A stretch of DNA of 64,000 nucleotides from positions 96,001-160,000 of the forward strand of contig CAZALK010000005.1 of the NCBI GenBank assembly GCA_964486045.1, in the 5' to 3' direction. The DNA is from an uncultured archaeon (GTDB taxonomy: Archaea; Asgardarchaeota; Lokiarchaeia; Sigyniarchaeales; SOKP01). The notes beneath the pieces were generated by a model. It ran no database searches and had not been told where the DNA came from. It saw only the letters and a program-made list of their open reading frames with translations. This document shows, piece after piece, positions 29,701-40,216 of this stretch (its first letter is position 1; each line of letters opens with the position of its first letter). A program made the translations under genes and the position numbers.

Positions 29701-30039
29701 ATGTCAGTAGAAACTTTAATTAAAAGCTTATCTAAAGAAGTTGAGGGAGAAAAGGGAGCAGAAGAAGATATCATTATTTTCACCCTATCAACGTGTATGT
29801 GGTGTAAGAAGTGTAAACGTTTTTTAAATGATCGTAAGTTAAAATATAGATACATTGAAGTTGACAAGATTGAACGATCGGACAAAACGAAAATACTAGA
29901 TTACTTAAAATCTACATATAATTCAAGAATATCTTACCCTTTTCTTGTATGTAAAAGTGGACATGTTGTTGGATACAACCCAAATCAATATGAGGAATTA
30001 TTTAACAGTGGAGGGGATAAAAGTGGAAATGGAAACTGA
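29701..30039 (+). CDS. Glutaredoxin-family protein
   Basis: TLSTCMWCKKC, SYP, VVGY. Confidence 0.85.
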   Translation: MSVETLIKSLSKEVEGEKGAEEDIIIFTLSTCMWCKKCKRFLNDRKLKYRYIEVDKIERSDKTKILDYLKSTYNSRISYPFLVCKSGHVVGYNPNQYEELFNSGGDKSGNGN

Positions 30040-30391
30040 AGAAGGAATGGTCAAATATATAAATCAGGTTGCTGAGATAAACGTATGGATTTTAAACGAA
30101 GATAAACCAACATTGGATGATTTAATTGATGGATTAGTTAGTAATAAGAGTTTTTATGGATATCAATCTTGCCCATGTAGACTTGCGAGTGGAAAAAGAG
30201 ATTTGGATAGAGATCTTATTTGTCCGTGTGAATATGCACCTCTCGATATAAAGCAACATGGAGCTTGTTATTGTAATCTTTTTTTAAGCCCTAATTTCTA
30301 TGAAAAAAATGTAGATTTTATCGTAGTTCCAGAAAGACGTCCGATAGAAAAAGAAGATGCTGCTTTAAAATACATTAATAAAAAAGATTGA
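30023..30391 (+). CDS. Ferredoxin:thioredoxin reductase catalytic-subunit homolog (start GTG 30023 or ATG 30029)
   Basis: CPCR, CPC, CYC motifs, VPERRP; GGAGG before the GTG; overlaps the grx stop. Confidence 0.88.
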   Translation: MEMETEEGMVKYINQVAEINVWILNEDKPTLDDLIDGLVSNKSFYGYQSCPCRLASGKRDLDRDLICPCEYAPLDIKQHGACYCNLFLSPNFYEKNVDFIVVPERRPIEKEDAALKYINKKD

Positions 30392-30502
30392 TAAATATTA
30401 GGAAGATTAATACTAGCCTTTTATTTTTATCATAAGATATATTCAGAGTTCCAATAAATAATAATCTAAATTTTTATATAGTGTCCTTTCTCTTTTTTAA
30501 AT

Positions 30503-30667
30503 ATGTCTGGGAAAGATGTAAGTGATGAAGATTTAGAAAAAGAACTTGATAAAGCTTTTAAGGAAAATGAGGCTAAACAGGATAATTGTGGAACACCTAT
30601 GCCATCCAATAAAGAAGTTGGGATTCAAAGAACGGGTGTGAAGCTGAAAAAAGAAGAGGAAAATTAG
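30503..30667 (+). CDS. Small acidic 54-aa protein with a single Cys (not in track)
   Basis: MSGKDVSDEDLEKELDKAFKENEAKQDNCGTPMPSNKEVGIQRTGVKLKKEEEN; purine-rich coding-like composition, followed by a T-rich tract. Confidence 0.6.
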   Translation: MSGKDVSDEDLEKELDKAFKENEAKQDNCGTPMPSNKEVGIQRTGVKLKKEEEN

Positions 30668-30725
30668 TAAACTCTTTATTTTATTTTTCTTAAAATTTAG
30701 TTTAGTAATAATGATAGGATTGGTT

Positions 30726-32378
30726 TCAATTTACTTCTGGCATTAATATAATGAAATTACTTCCCTGCTCATAATCATCCTTGACCCGATTTTGAACCCA
30801 AATTTCTCCCTTAAAACTTTCGACAATTTTTTTAACCAGAGACAACCCAATCCCCATCCCCCGAATTTTTGAATTTCTGTTAAATCCTTTTTGAAAAATA
30901 AGCTCTTTACTTTCTTCAAGAATACCAATCCCATTATCAATAAATTCAATTTTAAGATAATTTTCTCCATCCTTTAGCTCTTTTGAAAACTTGATGTGAA
31001 TTTTCACTTCTGATCTTTTATTATATTTTATTGCGTTATGTAAAATATTCTCAAATACATCAAGTAAGAATTCATTTGCTTTTACGAAGTTAGCTTCATT
31101 CAATTTTGTTATTTTAATATCCAATTCCTTATCTCGAATACTTTTTTTAGCGAAAAGTATGGCTTCATCCAAAATGTCGTAAACCTTGACCTTTTGCAAT
31201 TCGATATTTGATTCCTCAATTTTCGATAATTTTCTAACATTATCAATTAACTTGGATCCCCTGTCAATTTGACTTGAAATAGTACCGAAGAGATCTTCGG
31301 ATGAATTTAATTTCTCAGGTTTATCTTTAAGCATTGTTATTAATTCTGCTGAAAATTGAATATTATGGAAGATATTATTCATATCATGTGTAAAAATGTC
31401 TTTGTAGAAATTTGCTCTTTCATATGCACTACGATATCTCTTTTCGGATTTCCTTAACTCTTGTTCAGCATGCTGATGTTCACTAACATCTCTAAAGCTC
31501 CATAAACGGCCAACTATTTCTCCCTCATGAGAGATAGGGCACGAATATTGTTCAAAAATTCTCCCATCCTTAAAGAAAATCATATCAAAATCATTTTTAG
31601 AATTATCTTTAAAATCCAACATCTTCAGTTTGAACTTTTTAGGATCTTTCAGTTGGTCAGAAATTCTATCTAATAACAATTCAAAATCCATTTTTTCAAC
31701 TATTTCATCCTGAACACGCCACATATAGATAAATCTTTCATTCAAACTAGTAATATGTTCATCTTTATTAATAGCGATTATACCTTCTGCTATTGCCTCA
31801 AACATCGCACTTAAAAACTCTTGACTTTCTCTTAAAGCATTTTCTGCTCGTATACGTTCAAAAGTACTTTCAAGAATTTGCGAAAATATTCTCAGAATGG
31901 TAAAATCTTTACCTTTCCAAAGTGAGCCTTCTATTACTCTGCTAAAAGATACTAGTCCAATAATCTCTATCTCATGGTATATAGGAAATCCTAAAAAGCT
32001 TTTGATATTTTGATATTCCATAAATTCTTTAGTAAATTTCGCATTGACCGGTAATCCTGAGACATCTTCTATATTTATAAAATTAAATTTCTCTATTTGT
32101 TTTATCCACCAAGAAATTGTGTTTGTATCAACTTTTTGAAGGATATCTAGATGAGAATCTATCCCTGTTCTACACCATTCATGTGTGTTTGTAATAAAGT
32201 TTCTATCCCCGTTGAAAAGGAACAATGAAACCCTATCCGCCCCCGACAAAAAGCCTAAATCTTGGAGTGAAGAATTTATGGCCTCATCAAGATCAATTTT
32301 TCCAACAAATCTAGAAGAAATTGAAGATATAATCTTTTCGACATTTAATCTTTTCTCTAACGACACCTTGAAATTCAC
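30726..32378 (-). CDS. Cytoplasmic GAF-PAS sensor histidine kinase
   Basis: GAF (NTHEWC), PAS, H-box FTHDMNN, N-box NILHNAIKY, DNGIG, GMGIGL. Confidence 0.9.
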   Translation of the reverse strand: MNFKVSLEKRLNVEKIISSISSRFVGKIDLDEAINSSLQDLGFLSGADRVSLFLFNGDRNFITNTHEWCRTGIDSHLDILQKVDTNTISWWIKQIEKFNFINIEDVSGLPVNAKFTKEFMEYQNIKSFLGFPIYHEIEIIGLVSFSRVIEGSLWKGKDFTILRIFSQILESTFERIRAENALRESQEFLSAMFEAIAEGIIAINKDEHITSLNERFIYMWRVQDEIVEKMDFELLLDRISDQLKDPKKFKLKMLDFKDNSKNDFDMIFFKDGRIFEQYSCPISHEGEIVGRLWSFRDVSEHQHAEQELRKSEKRYRSAYERANFYKDIFTHDMNNIFHNIQFSAELITMLKDKPEKLNSSEDLFGTISSQIDRGSKLIDNVRKLSKIEESNIELQKVKVYDILDEAILFAKKSIRDKELDIKITKLNEANFVKANEFLLDVFENILHNAIKYNKRSEVKIHIKFSKELKDGENYLKIEFIDNGIGILEESKELIFQKGFNRNSKIRGMGIGLSLVKKIVESFKGEIWVQNRVKDDYEQGSNFIILMPEVN

Positions 32379-32945
32379 ACGCAGAAAATTTAAATTCTAG
32401 CTCCTGATAGTGAGTAGAATTTATTCTAATAACCCTATTTCTGAAAGTAAGATTATTTAGAGAAATTTAAATTTTTGTAAAGCAAAATTATAACGAAACA
32501 AAAGAAAGAGAAGTTTAAGTTTATTTGAAAATTTTTTATTTATGAAAAAATGATCTAAAAAATTTTCGATTAGGGAATTCGGTTCAATTTGCTTTTACCT
32601 GTCCAACCACAAAAAACAATCGGAACCGTTGCAATAGCAGAAAAATGGACTTCTAATATGGTAATATCTACTGGATTTGGGATCTCTGCTTCTATTTAAA
32701 TATTACTATCGGTTTTTTTATTGGTTTAGTTATTTATCTCTTATTTAAAGCAAAAATTGAAGGAAATCAGAACTTAAATGAAAAACAGATCTAATTATTG
32801 AAAAAATCGTTTTAATTCATTTTTGAAATATTAGGAATATTTCATTAGATTTATTGAAAAATCATTGAATTTTCGATTTCTTTATATTTTAAATCAACAA
32901 TTATTTTAAGGTATTATTCAGATATTCATAATAGAACTAATTACG

Positions 32946-33653
32946 ATGGTGAATTTAATAATGTTTTCTGAAAATGAACTTAACAATATTAAAAGAGAAA
33001 TGGCTAAATTAAAAAATTCTGTTGTTTTGAAGTTATTTACAGATTTCAAAACTCAAGCAGATGGGAGTAAACTTAGAAAATGTATGGCTTGCGAGGGTAC
33101 ATATGAGTTATTAAAAACATTAAGAGAGTTATCTAATGGGAAATTAATTATAAAAGAGTTGTCAACAGAAGAGAATGCTGAAGAAGCTGAAAAATATAAT
33201 ATTTCAAGGATTCCAGCGATATTGTTTGTTGATGAAAATGACCAAGAAATTATTCGATACTTAGCACATCCAACAGGATCTGAATTTGTACCCTTTCTAA
33301 ATAGTATCCAATATTTTTCAGGAGTAAGACCATATTATGCTGATCAAATCATTACTCATCTAAAAAAAATAAAGAAGTCAAAAATGAAGATCTTTATAAC
33401 CCCCACATGCCCATATTGTCCAATGACAGTACCTGTTCTAACACTCTTTGCTATAGTTTCTAAAGGAAAAATATCAGCAGAAGTTATTGATGTTAATTTG
33501 AATCCTGATCTAGGAATGAAATATCAAGTTCAAGGAGTACCTCATACGGTCGTGAATGAAACTGATAATATAATCGGTCAGTTCACTCCTCAAGATTTGT
33601 TAGACAAATTAGTTGGATCAAAAGAAAGAGATTTTGGAGGGATGTATGCATAA
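32946..33653 (+). CDS. Protein disulfide oxidoreductase (PDO/AhpF-NTD-like), paralog 1
   Basis: Two thioredoxin folds, CMAC and CPYC. Confidence 0.85.
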   Translation: MVNLIMFSENELNNIKREMAKLKNSVVLKLFTDFKTQADGSKLRKCMACEGTYELLKTLRELSNGKLIIKELSTEENAEEAEKYNISRIPAILFVDENDQEIIRYLAHPTGSEFVPFLNSIQYFSGVRPYYADQIITHLKKIKKSKMKIFITPTCPYCPMTVPVLTLFAIVSKGKISAEVIDVNLNPDLGMKYQVQGVPHTVVNETDNIIGQFTPQDLLDKLVGSKERDFGGMYA

Positions 33654-34336
33654 TGTCTTCAGATGATAGATATAAGGAAATTATAAAGACAGAAATGGCT
33701 AAATTAACCAGACCTGTTAATTTAAAGGTTTTTACTTGTAAGGAAAAACAACCAGAGGGAAGCCAAATACGAGAATGCATGGATTGTGGGCAATTTATGG
33801 CTTTACTGAAGGTTTATGAGGAAAATTCAAATGGGATGCTCACAATAGAAGAATTATGTATTGATGACAACCCCGAATTCGCGAAACAATATGATATATC
33901 TCGAGTTCCTACAATTCTATTCATTGACAATGAAGGGAGAGAAGTTATTCGCTATTTAGCATCACCCAAAGCTGGTGAGATTCAACCATTCATTCAAGCG
34001 GTATTTGCTTTCGCAGGAGCACCGAATTATTATGAATCAACAATACGAAAGAACTTAGATCGCATCAAACCATCTACAATAAAGGTAATGATAACAGAAA
34101 CTTGCCCTTACTGTCCACAAGTTGCTACAGTAGTTAATAATTTTGCAATAGCATCGAAAGGAAAAATTAGATCAATTATAATTGATATAACGGCAAATCC
34201 CGACATTGGTCAGTACTATGACGCAGCAGGAGTCCCTTACACAATCATTAATGACCAAAAAACGATTGTAGGTATGGTTGGCGCACCTGAGATATTAAAA
34301 GCATTGATTGGGAGTGATATTCGAGTTCAATATTAA
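33653..34336 (+). CDS. Protein disulfide oxidoreductase, paralog 2
   Basis: CMDC and CPYC; TAATG stop/start overlap with paralog 1. Confidence 0.85.
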   Translation: MSSDDRYKEIIKTEMAKLTRPVNLKVFTCKEKQPEGSQIRECMDCGQFMALLKVYEENSNGMLTIEELCIDDNPEFAKQYDISRVPTILFIDNEGREVIRYLASPKAGEIQPFIQAVFAFAGAPNYYESTIRKNLDRIKPSTIKVMITETCPYCPQVATVVNNFAIASKGKIRSIIIDITANPDIGQYYDAAGVPYTIINDQKTIVGMVGAPEILKALIGSDIRVQY

Positions 34337-34420
34337 TTCTTTTTTAACTTGTTTAACTCCATTTTTTTCTATGAAGAAAATAATTTATGTATGTATTACT
34401 TATAGAAAGGAGAGGAAAAG

Positions 34421-35365
34421 ATGTTTAACTTTGATATGGAAAGTATTGATTTTGAAAAGACTTATGACCTTATTGTTTTAGGGGGTGGCCCCACAGCAAT
34501 AGGATGTGCTATATATGCCGCAAGGTTTGCAATGGATGTACTTGTTATTGGCAAAATTTTCGGCGGTTTAATAGCAACAACACACATAGTTGAGAATTAT
34601 CCTGCTATAACCTCTGTCAGTGGTCAAGGGTTAATGGAGATGTTCAGAGACCATATGAATTCACTCAAAATACCGTACATATCAGATGAAATAAAAAGTA
34701 TTGAAAGAGTGGACGATCATTTTGAGCTTAATTCATTTTTTCAAAAATTTAAAGCATATTCAATTTGTATTGCCACCGGTTCAGAAAGGAAAAAACTTGG
34801 AGTTCCGGGGGAGGAAGATTATGCTGGAAGGGGTGTGTCTTATTGTGCAACATGTGATGGACCGTTTTATAAAGATAAAGTTGTTTGTGTAATTGGAGGG
34901 AGTGATTCTGCTGCAAAAGAGGCTTTATTCTTATCTCAGAATGTTAAAAAGGTTTATATTATCTACCGTGGAGAAGAAATACGAGCTGAACCGATAAACA
35001 AGCAAAGAGTGTATGATAATGATAAAATTGAAATCATTTATGAAACAAACATTCTTGAAATTAAAGGAGATAATACTGTAAAGTCTGTGATTTTTGATAA
35101 CGGTAAAGAATTTGAGGTGAATGGAGTCTTCATAGAGATAGGGTCGATCCCCAATTCCGAATTAGCAAAAAGAATAGGAGTAAAGACAAATGAGAAAGGA
35201 GAGATCATAATTAATCGTAAATCCGAAACAAACATCCCGGGAATCTTTGCTGCGGGAGATGTAGCGGATGCACCATTTAAACAAGCGATTACAGGTGTAT
35301 CTGAAGGTGTAATTGCTGCTTATTCTGCTTTTGATCATGTTAAAGAAATGAATATTGAATATTAG
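34421..35365 (+). CDS. trxB: Thioredoxin reductase
   Basis: GGGP, VENYP, GRGVSYCATCDG, GGSDSA, FAAGD. Confidence 0.93.
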   Translation: MFNFDMESIDFEKTYDLIVLGGGPTAIGCAIYAARFAMDVLVIGKIFGGLIATTHIVENYPAITSVSGQGLMEMFRDHMNSLKIPYISDEIKSIERVDDHFELNSFFQKFKAYSICIATGSERKKLGVPGEEDYAGRGVSYCATCDGPFYKDKVVCVIGGSDSAAKEALFLSQNVKKVYIIYRGEEIRAEPINKQRVYDNDKIEIIYETNILEIKGDNTVKSVIFDNGKEFEVNGVFIEIGSIPNSELAKRIGVKTNEKGEIIINRKSETNIPGIFAAGDVADAPFKQAITGVSEGVIAAYSAFDHVKEMNIEY

Positions 35366-35403
35366 AATTGTTTTCTTAAAAAAAATATAAAAAGAAAAAA
35401 AGT

Positions 35404-35784
35404 TTAATCTATTTTTATATCTATGCTATGGTATTCGGGTTCTTTAAAGGGTACTTCAATCTTTAAAAGCCCTTGATGATAAACTGCTTTTGCCTCTTCT
35501 GGTTTTACTGGACAACATATAGCGTAGGAACCGATATAGATTGTGTCATCGGTTTCTCCTTTGATGAAAAAACTTTCATCATGCATCTTGAGTTTAATTG
35601 AATCCTTCTCTGCTCCAGGTAGTTGTATTTCGATTTTATAAGTCTCACTGTCATCATCAGCCCAAGAACAAATTTCAGGAGACATTAAAAACTTATCTTC
35701 TTTAGATTCTTCTTTAATTTCTTCTATCGCTTCTTCTTTAATTTCTTCTTTCGTTTCTTCTTTGATTTCTTGCATTCTTTTCAC
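35404..35784 (-). CDS. Small heat-shock protein (Hsp20) with EEIKEE N-terminal repeats
   Basis: IQLPGAEKDSI, AKAVYHQGLLKIEVP, C-terminal IxI. Confidence 0.85.
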   Translation of the reverse strand: MKRMQEIKEETKEEIKEEAIEEIKEESKEDKFLMSPEICSWADDDSETYKIEIQLPGAEKDSIKLKMHDESFFIKGETDDTIYIGSYAICCPVKPEEAKAVYHQGLLKIEVPFKEPEYHSIDIKID

Positions 35785-35955
35785 TTTAGAGTTTTTTTTT
35801 TAATATAGATTTCTTATTAAACCATCCAAAGTAGCTGATATAAAAGTTCTTTCTATGGTTCATTACAAAAAAGAATTTTTTCACTAAAAGATAAAACCAA
35901 AAACTAGTTTTATTTTTAAATTATAAAAAGATGAAATTTTGTGGAATGGGTACTC

Positions 35956-36873
35956 TTATTGGGGATTTAGTAAATGTGATTCTTTTAATAGTATTTTCAA
36001 AATCTTGTCCCAATATTCTTTAACTTCCCATTCTTGTTTTTTTTTTATTTTTGCAGAGATTTCTTTTAAAATTTCCCTAATTGCGAGTGAACTAAAGTAT
36101 GAGATATTTGGGGCGATTACTGATAACATATATTGTTTTTCTCCAAATCTTTCACGTTCATCTGGAAAAGAATCAAAGAACAGATAACCCTTTTTCTTAA
36201 TATTTTCTATATTTAATAAAATACTCTCAGCTTGGGTTATCTTGTCATGCCCATAAATAGAAGTTGCTGCGTGAAAAAGCTGTTTCCCAATTGTTCTTGT
36301 TGAAAAATGACATAATTCATCAGAAGGATAACTATCCTTCAATCCAGGACCGGTAATATCGTCCCAGCATACGTAGAGTAAACAGAAGAAGGACATTTCA
36401 TCTTTAGAAATAGGTTGTTGTAATTCTGTATTGGCAGAAGTGAGGAGCTGCTTAATTTTATCATCAATTAAATCGGATTTTCTACTACGGGCAATTTTTC
36501 CAGATATTGAGGCAATAAGATCCTCCTTGTTAAATGGTTTCGTAATATAATCATCTACTCCTAACATCTTCCCCAATCGAATATCTTCAGGTGTTGATTT
36601 AGCCGTTAGGAATAAAAATGGAACACGATTCCATTGAGAATTGGAGGATACAACAGAAAAAAATTCATAGCCACTCATGTTTGGCATCATAATATCACTT
36701 ATAATAACTTCAGGTATTGTTTCTAGGGTAGTGAGGATATTGAGTGCTTCATCCCCACTATTAGCAGTTACTACTTCATAATTCATTTTTTCGAGCATTA
36801 TTTTGAGATTGAAGAGGATGTCTAAATTATCATCTACAACCAGTAATAATGGTTTACCGTTTGAATTTGACAT
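35956..36873 (-). CDS. Response regulator: receiver domain fused to a longin/uDENN-like domain (ATG 36873; track 36897)
   Basis: VVDD, ISDIMMP, FLTAK, YITKPF; C-terminal LLYVCWDDITGP...YP and FPDERERFGEKQY. Confidence 0.88.
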   Translation of the reverse strand: MSNSNGKPLLLVVDDNLDILFNLKIMLEKMNYEVVTANSGDEALNILTTLETIPEVIISDIMMPNMSGYEFFSVVSSNSQWNRVPFLFLTAKSTPEDIRLGKMLGVDDYITKPFNKEDLIASISGKIARSRKSDLIDDKIKQLLTSANTELQQPISKDEMSFFCLLYVCWDDITGPGLKDSYPSDELCHFSTRTIGKQLFHAATSIYGHDKITQAESILLNIENIKKKGYLFFDSFPDERERFGEKQYMLSVIAPNISYFSSLAIREILKEISAKIKKKQEWEVKEYWDKILKILLKESHLLNPQ

Positions 36874-37006
36874 AGTTTTGATTACGTCTAAACACAATTC
36901 ACAAAGATCTTCAATATTTTATTGAATCGATCTTATATAAATGAGTTTTTCTATTGTTGATTCCATTTTTAATAATCCGAATATAATTTAAAGTTTGTAC
37001 TAGAGG

Positions 37007-39568
37007 CTATGAAAGTTGAGGTAGAAATAGATTAATTGTTGTTCCTTTTTCTAATTCACTTTCAATGTATATTTTACCTTGATGGGCCTCTATTAAATCT
37101 TTAGCAATAGCTAATCCTAATCCAGTTCCAGTTATTTTATCTACATTACTACCGCGGAAAAATCGTTCAAAAATGTGAGGAATATCTTCTTTTGAGATCC
37201 CACGACCATGATCCTTGAATTGAAAGAGAACTCCCTTATTCCCATCCAAATTATATTCACCTTGATAATTATCTATAGCATTAATTTCTATTTTTGAATT
37301 TTCATTTGAGTATTTTAAAGCATTTTCTATTAGAATTCGAAAAATTTGATCAATCCTTTTTGAATCACCTCGTAGATGAAGATGGTCATCCACCTCGATT
37401 TCAAAATCTATATTCTTTTCCTTGCCTATAGGTTCCATAAGATATAAGATTTCGTTGATTATTTCTAAAGGATTATATTCCTCTCGTTCTATTACTAGCC
37501 TATTTTCATCAATTCTTGAAATTAAAAGTATATCTTCTGCTAATTTATTTAGCAATTGGATGTTTCTTGAGATCCCCTCCATCAATTTTTCTTCTAACTC
37601 CTTATTGAGTGAACTTTTATTCTTAGTAAGATATTCGATTGACATCAACAAAACGGTAATGGGTGTCCTTAATTCATGTGAAACTGTAGAAATTAATTGG
37701 GATATCTTCTGTTCCGCTTTTTTACGTTCTGTAATATCTAATCCGTAAACATTTACATAATCCATATTTTCAACTGGAGTAACAGCTAGAGTATAAGTTC
37801 TGCTATTTAACCTTACTTCGAGTTCCTCGTTTTTCTTAGTAGTTAGAGCAGTATATATTGGTTTTTCTAAAACCCTCGGAATGAGATTATCTTCACTAAT
37901 GTTAAATAATTTCTTACCAATTTTATTAGAATAGATTACTTTTTGGTTATTTACTCTCAATACAGGATTTGGATTTTCAGAAGGAAATTTTGATAAATTA
38001 AGTATCTCCTCTTCTGCTTTTTTACGTTCTATAAAAGTAGCAATCATTTCAGAAATTCCGTTAATTAAAAACCGCTCTTCCTTAAAAAAAGGTCCCTCCT
38101 CAAATTCAAGCCTTTCCTCTAAATATAAAACTTCTATAGCTCCAGTAGTTTTTCCATATTCTCTAATATTAGCTTTTAGTACCCATTTAGTTTCTCTAAA
38201 ATTTGCTGTTGTTAGCTCTTGACCTTTGTAAAAAATTCTCGCACAAGTAATTTCAGGATATTGCCAAGCTGGTGGAAGATATCGTAATGTTTCTTCTAGA
38301 ACTTGCTCTATCGAAATATCTTTTTTTTCAATCAATTTGGAAACATTATAGAAACACGTAAGTTCTTTTACTCTTTCTTTTAAATCGTATTCTCTCTTCT
38401 TTATCTCTTCTTCTGCTTTCTTCAATTCTGTAATTTCTGTTGCGACACTAAGTAAGGAGGGAAATTTTGATTCGTAGTCTTCTATCGGCTGTTCTACTAT
38501 CCAATAAGTTTTTCTACCGACTGGTATGTCGAATGTACGCTGATAAGATCTACTCCTTCCCTCTCTAATTAGCTCTTGGTTACTTTTCATGTATTCATCA
38601 GCTAACTTCTGTGGTAGAACGTCATGAAGTGTTTTTCCTATGAAATCCTCGGGTATTCCACCCAACTCACTAGCAGCTTTTTCATTTACTAATAAATATA
38701 TCCCATTTTCGTCTAGCATTGTGATGCCTGCCCCAGAATGATCAATAATATTTCTTAATTCCAATTCACTTCTCTTGATTTGTCTTAACAATAAATCAAA
38801 TGGTTTTTCGATTCCAATTTGAATTACAGATTTGTACAAAAGGTAGAATGCAATTATTTTAAAGATATGGCCAACTAAATTTGAAAATCCGTAAACATTA
38901 ATATAAAATGTGAAGGCCAATTCTGCGATCATTATTGAGACAATTGAACTAACAATCAGGACTAGAACTTTTTTATCAAATTCTTTCCGATTTCTAATAA
39001 TTAACAAAAGAGAAACAAGCAATACAAGATCAATTACATATTCACTGATGATTTTAAAAGGAGTTAGACCATAGTTTTCAATATAACAGATGGGGAAGAG
39101 ATTATTAAAGATCAATGTTAGTAAGATAATAGTAATAAGAAAATAGGTTACGAGAAGATAAAAGGGATTGATAGTCCTTTTTAATAGAAGCAAAGCAGTT
39201 AAGATAGATCCTGCTTGAAGGTAACGAGCAGCTATCCATAAAGATGTTGGAAGATTTGCATCAAACTCAAGAAAAATCTGCATACCCGTATAAGAAAACG
39301 TATGAATTAAATCAAAAATACCAATAAAAAGAGATGAAACCCCAAGAATTAGAAAAAAGGAGTTTTTCATATATCTCCGAGAGTTCCAACCAACGAAAAA
39401 CACACCTCCTGCGATAATTATGCTGAATATTTCTGCAATGCTATGAAATAATAAATATCTATAAAGACTTGTAATATATACAAGTAGCAACCCCAAAAAT
39501 AAAATTAAATATTCTATTATTTCCGGATTTACATTAAGAGGGAAAGTTCGATTATTATTTTCCGACAT
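37007..39568 (-). CDS. MASE3-PAS sensor histidine kinase
   Basis: Multi-TM N-terminus with YLLFHSIAEIFS (MASE3-like), PAS domains, H-box VSHELRTP, ENALKY, DHGRG, GTGLGL. Confidence 0.92.
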   Translation of the reverse strand: MSENNNRTFPLNVNPEIIEYLILFLGLLLVYITSLYRYLLFHSIAEIFSIIIAGGVFFVGWNSRRYMKNSFFLILGVSSLFIGIFDLIHTFSYTGMQIFLEFDANLPTSLWIAARYLQAGSILTALLLLKRTINPFYLLVTYFLITIILLTLIFNNLFPICYIENYGLTPFKIISEYVIDLVLLVSLLLIIRNRKEFDKKVLVLIVSSIVSIMIAELAFTFYINVYGFSNLVGHIFKIIAFYLLYKSVIQIGIEKPFDLLLRQIKRSELELRNIIDHSGAGITMLDENGIYLLVNEKAASELGGIPEDFIGKTLHDVLPQKLADEYMKSNQELIREGRSRSYQRTFDIPVGRKTYWIVEQPIEDYESKFPSLLSVATEITELKKAEEEIKKREYDLKERVKELTCFYNVSKLIEKKDISIEQVLEETLRYLPPAWQYPEITCARIFYKGQELTTANFRETKWVLKANIREYGKTTGAIEVLYLEERLEFEEGPFFKEERFLINGISEMIATFIERKKAEEEILNLSKFPSENPNPVLRVNNQKVIYSNKIGKKLFNISEDNLIPRVLEKPIYTALTTKKNEELEVRLNSRTYTLAVTPVENMDYVNVYGLDITERKKAEQKISQLISTVSHELRTPITVLLMSIEYLTKNKSSLNKELEEKLMEGISRNIQLLNKLAEDILLISRIDENRLVIEREEYNPLEIINEILYLMEPIGKEKNIDFEIEVDDHLHLRGDSKRIDQIFRILIENALKYSNENSKIEINAIDNYQGEYNLDGNKGVLFQFKDHGRGISKEDIPHIFERFFRGSNVDKITGTGLGLAIAKDLIEAHQGKIYIESELEKGTTINLFLPQLS

Positions 39569-39621
39569 TTTGCTATATAAAGCTCATCTATAAATTAATA
39601 ATTTTTCCCATCGAAAATCGT

Positions 39622-40161
39622 TTAAGTGATTGTAGTCTTCTCAAAAATTGCATATATTGAGGTTTTAAATAATGAATATGTAAAATTCGGTGGTATTTTC
39701 TCTTTTATTTTTTTTATAAATTTATCAATGATTATCTCATTTAATTCTTGATTAAATTTTAGGTCTGGATCATATTTATGGAGAAAAATTGAAAAATCAA
39801 TATTCTTACGTTTTTGTATTGATTTTATTACCTTTTCCAAGTACTCAATTGCATGAACATACCTTTTTACATCTTGAATATCAATAACATATATTATTTT
39901 ACTAGTGTCATCAAAGAATTTGGATGTTTGGTTAATATAATCCCCACGGTATGCTTTTTGTCCACTAAGATCCCAAATGACATACTTCAAATTCAAAGCT
40001 TCAAAATTTTCTATATCTGGCTCTCTAGTGGGAACTATTGAATTAAAAATAGATAGGTTCTTAATTCCTTGTAAACATTTTGATATTGATGTTTTTCCAC
40101 TATTAGCTAATCCAATCATTAAGATTTTTTTTGATTTTTCAGAAGTTTTTGAAATAGTCAT
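39622..40161 (-). CDS. Rag/Gtr-like (Arf/Rag clade) small GTPase, G domain only
   Basis: G1 GLANSGKTS, G2 PT, G3 WDLSGQ, G4 HKYD, G5 TSIY; HKxD and TSI are Rag-type. Confidence 0.88.
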   Translation of the reverse strand: MTISKTSEKSKKILMIGLANSGKTSISKCLQGIKNLSIFNSIVPTREPDIENFEALNLKYVIWDLSGQKAYRGDYINQTSKFFDDTSKIIYVIDIQDVKRYVHAIEYLEKVIKSIQKRKNIDFSIFLHKYDPDLKFNQELNEIIIDKFIKKIKEKIPPNFTYSLFKTSIYAIFEKTTIT

Positions 40162-40216
40162 AGTTAATCAAAATAAGGCGTTATTTACATAGAGTTTATA
40201 ATTTTCTTTTAAGATC

